The notes under the pieces were generated by a model. That model was not told the origin of the DNA and did not search any database. It saw nothing but the letters and a program-made list of their open reading frames with translations. Of a DNA stretch of 64,000 nt, positions 16,487 through 25,744 are shown in pieces (within the stretch, counting starts at the first letter, position 1; each line of letters begins with the position of its first letter). The position numbers and the translations under genes were made by a program. Location of the stretch: the NCBI GenBank assembly GCA_038230695.1, contig JBBRMT010000001.1, positions 132 to 64,131 on the forward strand, written 5' to 3'. The DNA is from Chloroflexia bacterium. GTDB lineage: Bacteria; Chloroflexota; Chloroflexia; QHBQ01.

Positions 16487-18772
16487 TTACTTCTTGGTGT
16501 CGAGGGCGCTGGGATACTGGTAGTTGTTGGAGGCATCCCACATCATCCAACCCCACACGCCATCCTCACTGGTGGCCTTTGTTTGCAGGCGAATGACATC
16601 GCCAGTGTAAGTCAAGGTGCCATTGAGGGTGAAGTATTGCAACCAGGGGCGATATTTGGCAAAGTTGTCGCCAGTTTTCGCCAACCGCTGCTGGGCGTAG
16701 GCATCTGCCGCCTTGATGATCTCATAGGGGTGGTCGTTGGGGATGTTGAAGCCCTGCTCTCCGGGGCTGAAGTGCGACGGATAGATCATGGGGGAGACAT
16801 AATCCAGGTGACTGATGACGTACTCCCAGATCTGGCCGATGTTGCGATTGACTGGTCCTTCAGGCTGGTCGGGCCACAGGATGTAGCCAAACACATCACC
16901 GCTGAGGAAGGTGTCGGTGTAGCGGGTCAGTTCGTAAGCCTTGCTCACGAAACTCTCCACGTACTGCGCCTTGGTCTGCCACGGGATGTTGTTGCCATTG
17001 CCAATCTTGAAGATGGGGTCGCCCTGGCTGGCCGACGTGTCGGAGAGGAAGCGCATATAATCGAGTTGCACCTCGTCGAAGCCCATACTCTTGACCTCGT
17101 TGATGATGCTGAGGATGTGGTTGACCGAGTCGGGGTTGGTGGGGTCAAGCCACTCCTGGCCCAGACCGCCGACGATGGGCTTGCCGGTAACGCTGCTCTT
17201 CACTGCCAGGTCAGGGCGGTTGTTGACCAGCCCAGGCTCAACGAAGCAGACGATGCGGGCGATAACATAGAGGTGATGTTGCTGTTGCAACATTTTGACG
17301 AAGGCGGGCAGGTCATCGAAGTAGGCAGCGTGGCCCACCTCCTTAGCCAGCGGGATGCTGCTGCTATATACCAGCGCGATGCTGCCGTTGTCCTGGATGT
17401 TCAGCACAATCGAATTAACGTCCTTGCTGTCCACCATCTTCAGGCTGTTGCCCAGCAGGTCGGAGCTAGATGACCACTCGGCAGTATAGTACAGGCCGTG
17501 GACATGGAACTGCTTGAGCGCCACATCCTTGACCATCTCGTGCTGGGTTGGCACTTTGGTTAGCTCGTAACCGGAATCCTTGAAGTGCAGCACCGGGTTG
17601 GGTGGCAGGCCGTGCAGGGTGTAGTTGCCGTTGGCATCGGTGAAGGTGATCATGTTGCTGGTGGTAATCGGCTGCTGCAAGAGAGTGGCGGGCGGCGGCG
17701 GGGTGGCAGTCGGCGTAGGCGGCGGTGGCGGTGGTGGGGTAAAGGTGGGCGCACCGGGAGCAGCGCTTGGCACCACATAGATGCGGACAGCGTAGCCGCT
17801 ATCGGCCTTCGCGTCGGTGGTCTGCACCGGTACCCAGGCATAATCGGTGTCGGGAATGTCCGCGCCAGTAACCTTCAGGATGGTGCCTTCGGGCAGCAGC
17901 CGCACATGGTCCGCGCCATGCTTGGGCGTGGCAGCCAGCCACAAACCATCGGTGTCGGTGCCGAATACACGCACGTAGCCGAGGTTAGCGGTGGAGGTGG
18001 TCACGGCAGTGGCAGCGGCGGGTGGAGCTGTAGGGGTGAGGTCGGTGGTGGCGGTCAGGTCTGGCGCAGCGAAAGGCTTGCCGCCATAGTTGAACGAACT
18101 GGTTACGGTGGGGGTGGCTTGCAGCGGCGCAGTTGCCGCGCCGCTATCGCTGGGGTAGGCACGCACCATCACGTTTGCCAGCGGTTTGCCGCTGGTTGCG
18201 TCGGTTACTTTACCGTGGATGGAGTCGGGGATAAGGCTGACCGTGTTGGAGCCAGGGTTTAGCTTGACGTTCTGGGCTGCGGCATAACCATCGGCGCTAA
18301 TCGTAATGCTGGCATCGGCATCCAGCTTATTGAAGCTGTACGCGCCGTTACCATCAGTCGCGCCGGAGAGCGCTCCGCTGGCCTGCTGCACGGCAACGGT
18401 TGCGCCCGCCACTGCCGAGCCGTCCCAGGCATTGTTCACCTTGACACTGATTGCTGCGGCGGGCGTGTCGGTGGATGAGGGGGCGCTGGTGTTGGTGGCG
18501 GCTGGGTTGCTACCACTGCCGCCGCTGCTGCTACCATTGCTGCCGCTATTATTCGAGTTGGGGTTTGTGCTATTGCCTGCGCCTGCTGGCGTAGCTGCGC
18601 CATTTGCGCCAGCCTGGCTGCCGGGCGTGTTGGTGGGGCTGCCTGAGTTGCTGGATTGGCTGCTGCCACCGAACATATCACAACTCGACAATACCAGGGC
18701 GAATACCAGCAACAAACTAATCAATCGCCCATCTTGCAGCAGCCGCTGCGTCATCATGCTATTGCTCTGCAC
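16487..18772 (-). CDS. larger paralog of the putative glycoside-hydrolase-like protein: lipoprotein signal, Ser/Asn/Gly-rich region, two CarboxypepD_reg-like domains, Pro-rich linker, DUF4015/GHL-type catalytic domain
   Basis: Lipobox LVLSSC. Conserved blocks shared with 14705-16357 (see that entry). GTG start with GAGGAG SD. Confidence 0.55.
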   Translation of the reverse strand: MQSNSMMTQRLLQDGRLISLLLVFALVLSSCDMFGGSSQSSNSGSPTNTPGSQAGANGAATPAGAGNSTNPNSNNSGSNGSSSGGSGSNPAATNTSAPSSTDTPAAAISVKVNNAWDGSAVAGATVAVQQASGALSGATDGNGAYSFNKLDADASITISADGYAAAQNVKLNPGSNTVSLIPDSIHGKVTDATSGKPLANVMVRAYPSDSGAATAPLQATPTVTSSFNYGGKPFAAPDLTATTDLTPTAPPAAATAVTTSTANLGYVRVFGTDTDGLWLAATPKHGADHVRLLPEGTILKVTGADIPDTDYAWVPVQTTDAKADSGYAVRIYVVPSAAPGAPTFTPPPPPPPTPTATPPPPATLLQQPITTSNMITFTDANGNYTLHGLPPNPVLHFKDSGYELTKVPTQHEMVKDVALKQFHVHGLYYTAEWSSSSDLLGNSLKMVDSKDVNSIVLNIQDNGSIALVYSSSIPLAKEVGHAAYFDDLPAFVKMLQQQHHLYVIARIVCFVEPGLVNNRPDLAVKSSVTGKPIVGGLGQEWLDPTNPDSVNHILSIINEVKSMGFDEVQLDYMRFLSDTSASQGDPIFKIGNGNNIPWQTKAQYVESFVSKAYELTRYTDTFLSGDVFGYILWPDQPEGPVNRNIGQIWEYVISHLDYVSPMIYPSHFSPGEQGFNIPNDHPYEIIKAADAYAQQRLAKTGDNFAKYRPWLQYFTLNGTLTYTGDVIRLQTKATSEDGVWGWMMWDASNNYQYPSALDTKK

Positions 18773-18954
18773 CGTAACTCCTCACTAGCGACGATGGCCC
18801 GCCGCCTGGTAAATCTGCTTTGTTCCGTGGTGAATTGCGCGGCTGAATTACCGCTTGCGGCGCTTATTATCCCTTACCTGCAGGAATCTGTCAAGCTACG
18901 TGTGAAAATATGTTATACTTTTGCCGCATAAGAACTATACGGCGGAGGTCATGG

Positions 18955-19383
18955 ATGGGGTTTGCAATCATTTCGATTTTGCTACTGGGGTTGGTGTTGG
19001 CACTGATACTTGTACATCTGGCAATTAGCCGCTTGGTGCTGCGCCAGCCCGACTGGGGAGGGGGCGAGAAGCTGGCTGCGTTGGCTGCCTCAGCCTTCCT
19101 GCTTGGCACCTTCTGGCTGGCCTTTGGTGGCCTCTACCTGATCATTCTTGATACCCAGAATCCGCCTGTCGCATACCCCTGGGGGGGCATCCTCGCCTTC
19201 CTGGCCTCACCGCCCTCCTACATCTTTACCCAGGTGCGCGGCATAGATTTCTTCCAGTGCTTCTACAACGGCAACGGGGCTTGTGATCCGGTGCAATTTG
19301 TCGGCCCCGCGCTGCTCACCTTCACATTGCTGCTGGCGCTCAGTGGCCTGCTCGTGTTGCGGCGGAGAAAAGTTGCAACTTGA
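18955..19383 (+). CDS. hypothetical membrane protein (3-4 TM helices)
   Basis: ATG at 18955 with GGAGG 6 nt upstream. Hydrophobic helices seen directly. Confidence 0.45.
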   Translation: MGFAIISILLLGLVLALILVHLAISRLVLRQPDWGGGEKLAALAASAFLLGTFWLAFGGLYLIILDTQNPPVAYPWGGILAFLASPPSYIFTQVRGIDFFQCFYNGNGACDPVQFVGPALLTFTLLLALSGLLVLRRRKVAT

Positions 19384-19390
19384 TAGCAGG

Positions 19391-20254
19391 TCAATCCCAA
19401 TCAATCAGCCAGTGTTCAAGCCAGCCCACTCCAACATAAGCGAATATCGCCAGACTGGTCATAGTGATGGCGGCAGCAAAGAGCATCGCCGAGTCGAAGT
19501 TGGTGCGGGCCATAGTCATCAGAAAGCCGAGGCCGGAGTCGGAAGAGATAAACTCGCCGATAATTGCGCCAGTTAGCGAGAGGGTCAGGCCCATACGGAT
19601 ACCGGCTAGCAAGGTGTGCAGTGCCAGCGGTATCTCTACGTGGCGGAGTGCCTGCCAGCGGCCCGCGCCCATCGTATACGAGGCATCCACCAGATCCTTA
19701 TCCACCGAACGCAGCCCGGCGGTAGTGTTGACCAGGATGGGAAAGAAGACGATCAGGGCGCAGATGATCACCTTCGAGGAGAGGCCGAGGCCGAACCAGA
19801 GTACCAGCAGCGGGGCAAGCGCCAGCATCGGCATCGCCTGGGTTGCGGCGATGTAAGGGCCAAGCACCCGCGAGAGCAGCGCCGAGCGCGACAACAGATA
19901 ACCAAGCGTCGAGCCGATTACGAACGCGGCAGCGAAGCCGAGCAAGGCTTCCGATAGCGTCGCGCCCAAATGCTTCCACAGATCGCCAGTTTGCACAAAC
20001 TGGGCGAAGGCCAGCCATACCTCCGGCGGCGTAGGCACCATAAAGTCAGGCACCACCCGTGCCGCAGTTACCCACCACCATACTAGCATAGTGATTAGTA
20101 GGGCGCTGATCACCGGCCAGAAGCGGCTACGCTCTAGCCATTTGACCATGCGCTTGCGACGGGGGGCAGGAACGACAATCGGCGCAGGCACACTGGTGGC
20201 ACGGGGTGGCAGCGGGCTTGCTTCTATCTGTTTCTCCAGCGCTGGGCTGCTCAA
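19391..20254 (-). CDS. ABC transporter permease, nitrate/sulfonate/bicarbonate (SsuC/TauC) family
   Basis: EAA-like loop region …DASYTMGAGRWQALRHVEIP and the 6-TM pattern typical of BPD_transp_1 permeases. Confidence 0.8.
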   Translation of the reverse strand: MSSPALEKQIEASPLPPRATSVPAPIVVPAPRRKRMVKWLERSRFWPVISALLITMLVWWWVTAARVVPDFMVPTPPEVWLAFAQFVQTGDLWKHLGATLSEALLGFAAAFVIGSTLGYLLSRSALLSRVLGPYIAATQAMPMLALAPLLVLWFGLGLSSKVIICALIVFFPILVNTTAGLRSVDKDLVDASYTMGAGRWQALRHVEIPLALHTLLAGIRMGLTLSLTGAIIGEFISSDSGLGFLMTMARTNFDSAMLFAAAITMTSLAIFAYVGVGWLEHWLIDWD

Positions 20255-20456
20255 CTTTCCCTACTTTCTAGCAACGGCGGCTCCCACGCAAGCGGATAGA
20301 TAGATTTTGCGCGGCGAATAATCGCTATTATAGCGCAAACCCACGCGAAACGCATAGTTCCCGCACAGCGACAGGTGGGTTACTAGTTATTGGATGGCTA
20401 GATACCCTAACCAGGGCGGGCCACCGCCCGCCCCTAAGATTACCCCATAACTTGTA

Positions 20457-21779
20457 TCACACCTCACAGCGACAAGACGGGACAATCATGCCCTGCCGCC
20501 ATCGGCATAAAGGCTTGGTTGCCTCGACGAACTTGTTGGTGTAGAAGGTAGTCGGGTCAGCAGTGATGGTAATCAGGTTCAGCGATTTAAGCAGATCCTG
20601 ACTGGCCTGCCAGCCCGCCGGGTCAGACCAGCCGAGCGGGTGGCCGCTGGGCGGCTGCTCGTAATCGAGCGTCGCGGTCATCACATCGCGCTGCACCGCC
20701 ACCTTGTCAGGGCTGATGGTTAGTTGCTTTAGCGATATGTCGAACGCGCCGCTGGGATCGCTCAACGTATCCTGCAACCCGTGCTGAGTGGCGCTAATGA
20801 AAGCCTGCACGATTTCGGGGTGTTGCTGCATCAGGGTGTCGCCCACCGCGATACCACTGGAGATGAGACTGCCGCTGCTGGGCAGTTGCAGGGTCTGCAC
20901 CTTGTAGCCCAACGCCCGCATCTGCACCGCCTCGTTGGATATGAATGTAAAGGCAATATCTACCCGCTTGCTGCTCAAAGCTTCGACCTCGTTGAAGCCA
21001 ATCTGGGTTTCGGTTACATCCTTGTCGGTCAAGCCACCCGCTTTGAGCATTGCCTCCATGCCGACGTAAGTAGGGCTGCCCGCCGCCGAGTAGCCGATGC
21101 TGTGGCCCTTCAGGTCGGCAGGGGTCTTCAGGGTGAAGCCGCCGCTGGTGAGGGCCAATGCACCCACTGGATACTTCTGGAACAGGGCCATTACGTAGGT
21201 GATGTTCGCGCCCTTCAGCCGCGCAGGGATAATCGCATCGCCACTGGCTGAGGCAAACTGGATCTGCTGTCCATCGCTGAGAAGCTGATAGATGTTGGCG
21301 ATCTGGCTATAATTGAACGATACATCCAGGCAGGCGGCGGTGTAGTAGCCCTTCGCCGCTGCTACATAGAAAGGCGCATCGCTCACGCTGGGGGTGAAGC
21401 CGGTCGCCATCACGATTTTGGTGGGTGCGGTGCAGGCGCTGGATGTCGTACCAGCAGTGCCAGTTATGGCCGGGGTTGTCACAGCCGTGCTAGTCATCGC
21501 CATTGTAGGGCCAGCGGTAGCTGCTATCGCCGCAGTAGCAGTCATTGCCATGGTCGGCGTACCCATTGCGCCAGTCATAACCGCTGTGGTGGTCATCACC
21601 GCAGTAGCCGCCGCTGCGCCGCCGGTTGCAGTGGCGAGGGCCACTGCTGCGCCGCTGGTTGTAGTAGCAGATGCGCTGGTGGGAGCGGGGATGGCAGTGG
21701 GGGCGCTGCTATTGCCACCGCAGGCAGCCAGCAATGCCAGGCAAATAAACAGGGATAGAACCGAAAACAACTTATGCAA
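20457..21779 (-). CDS. ABC transporter substrate-binding lipoprotein (NMT1/THI5/SsuA-like) with a long Ala/Thr-rich linker
   Basis: TTG start with AGGAGG 5 nt upstream gives (M)HKLFSVLSLFICLALLAAC with lipobox LLAAC. The C-terminal domain is SsuA/NMT1-like. Confidence 0.7.
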   Translation of the reverse strand: MHKLFSVLSLFICLALLAACGGNSSAPTAIPAPTSASATTTSGAAVALATATGGAAAATAVMTTTAVMTGAMGTPTMAMTATAAIAATAGPTMAMTSTAVTTPAITGTAGTTSSACTAPTKIVMATGFTPSVSDAPFYVAAAKGYYTAACLDVSFNYSQIANIYQLLSDGQQIQFASASGDAIIPARLKGANITYVMALFQKYPVGALALTSGGFTLKTPADLKGHSIGYSAAGSPTYVGMEAMLKAGGLTDKDVTETQIGFNEVEALSSKRVDIAFTFISNEAVQMRALGYKVQTLQLPSSGSLISSGIAVGDTLMQQHPEIVQAFISATQHGLQDTLSDPSGAFDISLKQLTISPDKVAVQRDVMTATLDYEQPPSGHPLGWSDPAGWQASQDLLKSLNLITITADPTTFYTNKFVEATKPLCRWRQGMIVPSCRCEV

Positions 21780-22147
21780 AGCTTCCTCCTTCAGACTCTC
21801 AATAAATTGTATGCCTCTAGCAGTCACTCCGAATGACTATGTGCTGAGGCAGATGGTCACACGTAACGGCCCAGGCGCAATGCAGGTAGAACTGCCCGCT
21901 CAATGCCTGCAAGCAAAAAGATTATAACATAGGCTCGCTCATAATATCAAGTGGCTATTGCTAAAACGCCGCTTTTTATGTTATAATGAGATGAGCAATG
22001 ATGTTTTATTCTTAACAAGAATATATTAGAAAGGGATTTAGCCTACTTTCTACTTCAAAGAATATTCCACATCCTCCTCACCATGCGGCGGGGTAACTCT
22101 GCTATAATAACCCTACGGGCAACAACATAAAACTGGAGGGTAAGATA

Positions 22148-22603
22148 ATGAAATGGGTAACACGTCAAGGGGTACGGCTGGATCGCACCGCCTGCACCTG
22201 GCTGATTCGTCGTTACATTGACCGGCAGGCGGAGATTAGTTATGTGGAAGCGGAGGCGATCCCTACAGCAGTGCAGGAAGGCGCATTGCCGTTCCATAAC
22301 ACCACCTCGGAGGACGCGGATATGGAGCGCACCAGCTTCGACCAGCTGCTTGCCGAGTACAAGTTGGATCAGCAGGATAGCGCCCTCACCTTGCTGGGAG
22401 CGATCCTACGCGGCGCAGAGCTACGCGAAGCCGATGCGCCATCTGAGTCGGCGGGGCTGGAAGCGATTGCCCAGGGTATAAACGCGCTGTCGCACAACGA
22501 TGACGAGATGGTGACGCTGGCAATGCCGCTATTCGATGCGCTATATGCCTATTGCAAGCGCAAAGCCGAGGGCCGCAGCGGGTGGGCCAATCAAGAAATG
22601 TGA
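22148..22603 (+). CDS. small Chrome_Resist (ChrB C-terminal domain)-like protein, paralog 1
   Basis: MKWVTRQGVRLDRTACTWLIRRYIDRQAEISYV… matches the WVTRE-R-K-DRIACPWLI-RFID signature I recall for the ChrB/Chrome_Resist family. Paralogous to 25180-25632. Confidence 0.55.
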   Translation: MKWVTRQGVRLDRTACTWLIRRYIDRQAEISYVEAEAIPTAVQEGALPFHNTTSEDADMERTSFDQLLAEYKLDQQDSALTLLGAILRGAELREADAPSESAGLEAIAQGINALSHNDDEMVTLAMPLFDALYAYCKRKAEGRSGWANQEM

Positions 22604-22803
22604 ACAGGTAGGTTACGTCAATTTGCTGGGGAGATGGTGTATCTTCGTAGGGGCGAACCGTTGTTCGCCTTGGTCTATTAACAATTCGTCAAGCAGCTGA
22701 AGTGTTATCCGTAGTGGCGGGCGGCTGCCCGCCCTGGTGCAATTTACACCATCTGCGCGGCTAATTGGTCTAACAAGTTAAGAGGAATGGGGAGCGATAC
22801 ACA

Positions 22804-23637
22804 ATGGTTGAAGGCTGGCAGCGCCATCAGGACTGGTTCTGGGAGGGCAATGTACAAGCCCGCGTGCTGGCATATATGGAGGAAGAGGGCTTCACTATCC
22901 TCAGCCTCGGCGACCCATCGCCCGCCGAGCAAGGGGTGGAGATTGCCGCCGAGCGTAACGCAGAGCAGCAGGTTAGCCATCGCCTGGTTAGCGTGCGCGG
23001 CTGGCCCAGTGCGCTGTACACCAGGGGTTCGCTGGCGGGCCAGCCACGCTCCGCATCGCCAGAGGTGATCGCTCGCAGTTGGATTGCCCAGGCGTTGCTC
23101 GACCTGGCGCTGGTAAGGGGCAGCGACCCCGATGTTGAACTCAGCCTGGCGTTGCCCGCGATGGCAAGCTACATCCGCTATTTGCAGCGGCTACGCTGGT
23201 TCCTGGCCGCGGCGCGAACTTCAATCTATCTGGTGGCGCAGGATGGTCGAGTTGCTGTCACCCCGCCGGGAGCATCGCCGGTCAGCGCGGTAGCCGCTAC
23301 ACCGGCCGTGCGGGTAATCGGGCAGCGACGCAAGGTGGGTTTGCCGGGGGCATCGCGGATGCGGCTGCCGCTACTTCATGCCCTGATCAGCGCGGGAGGC
23401 GAAGCGGTGCGGAGCGCGGTGATCACCAGTGTGGCCCGCTGGTTCCCCAATCTTGCCCAACCGCTGCCCAGCGAGTTTGGACAGCGCCTATCGGTAGCGC
23501 AAACAATGTTGCAAACCGAAGGGATGACCATGCTGAAGGGGCGGGGCATCTGGCAGATCACCGACGCAGGCCGCGAGTTCTATGCTGGCAACTGGCATGA
23601 ATGGCGGCTTAAGTCGGGCCTGGGCGTAGAGGAGTAG
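22804..23637 (+). CDS. hypothetical protein (277 aa), no recognisable domain
   Basis: ATG with AGAGGAATGGGGAG SD. Sits between the Chrome_Resist paralogs. Confidence 0.5.
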   Translation: MVEGWQRHQDWFWEGNVQARVLAYMEEEGFTILSLGDPSPAEQGVEIAAERNAEQQVSHRLVSVRGWPSALYTRGSLAGQPRSASPEVIARSWIAQALLDLALVRGSDPDVELSLALPAMASYIRYLQRLRWFLAAARTSIYLVAQDGRVAVTPPGASPVSAVAATPAVRVIGQRRKVGLPGASRMRLPLLHALISAGGEAVRSAVITSVARWFPNLAQPLPSEFGQRLSVAQTMLQTEGMTMLKGRGIWQITDAGREFYAGNWHEWRLKSGLGVEE

Positions 23638-23718
23638 CAGGACGCACTGGGCAACTGAGCGGGATAAATCCCGCCCTTACATGGATTGGCGTGGAAGCGC
23701 ATATTTATTGCGCCCGCC

Positions 23719-25023
23719 CTACTTTGCAGCAATCTCGACCTTGACCACATCAGGCTTGATTATATCAGCCTTCTGGAAGCGCCCGCTGGCAAGGAAGAGC
23801 AGCAATGCCGCCGCAAAGGAGATTAGAGCGCCAAACTCGAAGGTTGCCGCTGGCCCATAGGCGTACCACAGCCAGCCACCCAGCGCGTTGGCAGGCAGGG
23901 CGGCAAAGCCAGTCATGCCATTAAACCAGCCCATTGCCGTGCCGCGTTGCCCTTTGGGGATCAGGTCGGAGACCAGCGCCTTGCCCACACCCTCGGTCGC
24001 CGCAGCGTACACGCCATAGAGCAGAAACAGCGCCCAGGGTTGCCATGTTTCTGTTGCGGCGGCCCAGCCCATGTACACCAGGCCGAAGGAGAGGTAGCCA
24101 GCGATCAGCACCGGGGTGCGGCCATAGCGGTCGCTGAGAACGCCAAGCGGGGTGGCAAGCAACGCGTACACCACATTGTAGCCAAAGTAGACCAGCGGCA
24201 CCGCTTCGAGTAGACCCATCAGCCCTTCGGTGCGAAGAAAAATGAACGCATCCGACGAGTTGCCCAGGGCAAACAGGGTGGAGATAAAGGTAAATATCCA
24301 AAACGGTGCGCCCAGGCCGCCCAACCGCTGCCAGAGCGGAAGTGCAGGGGCAGATGGCTTGACCGCTACAACGCTTATCTCGCGGCGCGGTTCGCGCAGG
24401 AAGAAGATCAGCACCAGCACACTGAGTATACCTGGCACCACCGTCCAGGCAAAGACCAGGCGCAGGTTCTGGAAGTTGAGACCGAGGATGATCGCAGCCA
24501 GCAGTGGGCCGAGCGCCGCTCCGAGGGTGTCCATCGCCCGATGGAAGCCGAACGCCTTGCCGCGGTAAGCCGGATCGGTAGCATCGGCAATCATCGCGTC
24601 ACGGGGGCTACCGCGCATACCCTTGCCGGTACGGTCGAGGAAGATGAGGCCGAGCGCCTGCGGCCACGAGGATACCAACGATAGTAGCGGCTTGGCTGCA
24701 TTGGAGAGGCCATAACCGAACAGGATCAGCGGTTTGCGCTGCCTGCTGTCGGCCAGCCGACCGGAGAAAATCTTGACAATGCTGGCGGTACTCTCGGCAA
24801 TGCCCTCGATTAGCCCGGCCAGCACGATGGGCGTGTTTAGCACGACCACCAGAAAGAGGATGCGTAGCGGAACAATCATCTCGCTGCTGATGTCGGTAAA
24901 CAGGCTGACCATACCCAGCACAAACACGTTACGGGTCAACCCGGCAAATAGCCGCTCTCGCAGCGAACGCGGAGCCACAGCTTTTTCAGCCGTTTCAGTC
25001 GTTTCCACCTTATCAGTTTCCAT
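23719..25023 (-). CDS. MFS transporter
   Basis: 12-TM pattern with the MFS motif region GRLADSRQRKPLILFG (G-R-x-x-D-R-x-G-R-K-like). Confidence 0.8.
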   Translation of the reverse strand: METDKVETTETAEKAVAPRSLRERLFAGLTRNVFVLGMVSLFTDISSEMIVPLRILFLVVVLNTPIVLAGLIEGIAESTASIVKIFSGRLADSRQRKPLILFGYGLSNAAKPLLSLVSSWPQALGLIFLDRTGKGMRGSPRDAMIADATDPAYRGKAFGFHRAMDTLGAALGPLLAAIILGLNFQNLRLVFAWTVVPGILSVLVLIFFLREPRREISVVAVKPSAPALPLWQRLGGLGAPFWIFTFISTLFALGNSSDAFIFLRTEGLMGLLEAVPLVYFGYNVVYALLATPLGVLSDRYGRTPVLIAGYLSFGLVYMGWAAATETWQPWALFLLYGVYAAATEGVGKALVSDLIPKGQRGTAMGWFNGMTGFAALPANALGGWLWYAYGPAATFEFGALISFAAALLLFLASGRFQKADIIKPDVVKVEIAAK

Positions 25024-25179
25024 GCTCGATGCGTTCCTGTTCTAAATGGATTGACGGCGTACTGCGTCGGCGCATATTATACGCCAGATTGCGCCAGCTT
25101 TCCAGCCTTGTCTCATCCCGCCTTGATTGGCGATAATGGCCCTGTCCAAACCCTATCACTCAGAGAGGAGACTTTATAC

Positions 25180-25632
25180 ATGAAGTGGATTACTCGTGAA
25201 CACGTCAGGATTGATCGGGTTGCCATCCCCTGGCTAGTCAAGAAGTTCGTTGACCCCGATGCCGAGTTCATCTTCGCCCCCCGCGAGGAGGTGCTGGCGC
25301 AGGCCGAGGCGACCCACGCCACCCCATTCGATATACCGGGGGTTGAGTTGAGCCACCACGACGACAAGTGCGGCTTCGATGCCTTCATTGCCAAATACAA
25401 CCTCACCGACCCCGCCCTGCTACGCGTGGCCGACATTGTGCGCGGCGCGGATGTGGCAGCCTGGAAGGGTAAGTTCCCCGAATCGGCAGGGATAGAGGCG
25501 ATCGCCCACGGCTACTTCCTGCTCAACCTGCCTGATCAGCAGGTACTCGATCTGGAATGTCCGCTCTACGACGCGCTCTATCGCTACTGCCAGGACAAGA
25601 TCGAGAAGCAAGCGGCCACGCCGCAAAGTTGA
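25180..25632 (+). CDS. small Chrome_Resist (ChrB C-terminal domain)-like protein, paralog 2
   Basis: MKWITREHVRIDRVAIPWLVKKFVDPDAEFIFAPREEVL…FDIPGVELSHHDDKCGFDAF…IVRGADVAAWKGKFPESAGIEAIAHG. ATG at 25180 with GAGAGGAG SD; the track ORF from 25051 is an upstream read-through. Confidence 0.6.
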   Translation: MKWITREHVRIDRVAIPWLVKKFVDPDAEFIFAPREEVLAQAEATHATPFDIPGVELSHHDDKCGFDAFIAKYNLTDPALLRVADIVRGADVAAWKGKFPESAGIEAIAHGYFLLNLPDQQVLDLECPLYDALYRYCQDKIEKQAATPQS

Positions 25633-25744
25633 CGCATTACAACCGTGCTGATACAATGTGCGTTATGGAGAATGTCTGCGCGGTGCGGCAGACATTCTCT
25701 GGTAGAAGAAATAAGATTAATAATTGGAATAGGAGAAAGAAGGA

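Noticed and set aside
21900-22147. Looked for a tRNA or other structured RNA gene in the AT-rich island
   Set aside because: No T-loop (GTTCRANYC) or anticodon-stem architecture was found by eye, only simple inverted repeats. Left as a regulatory region.
23921-24590. ORFs 23921..24301 -, 24230..24568 +, 24408..24590 - inside the MFS transporter gene
   Set aside because: Alternate-frame shadows. The MFS frame gives 12 TM helices and a canonical motif.
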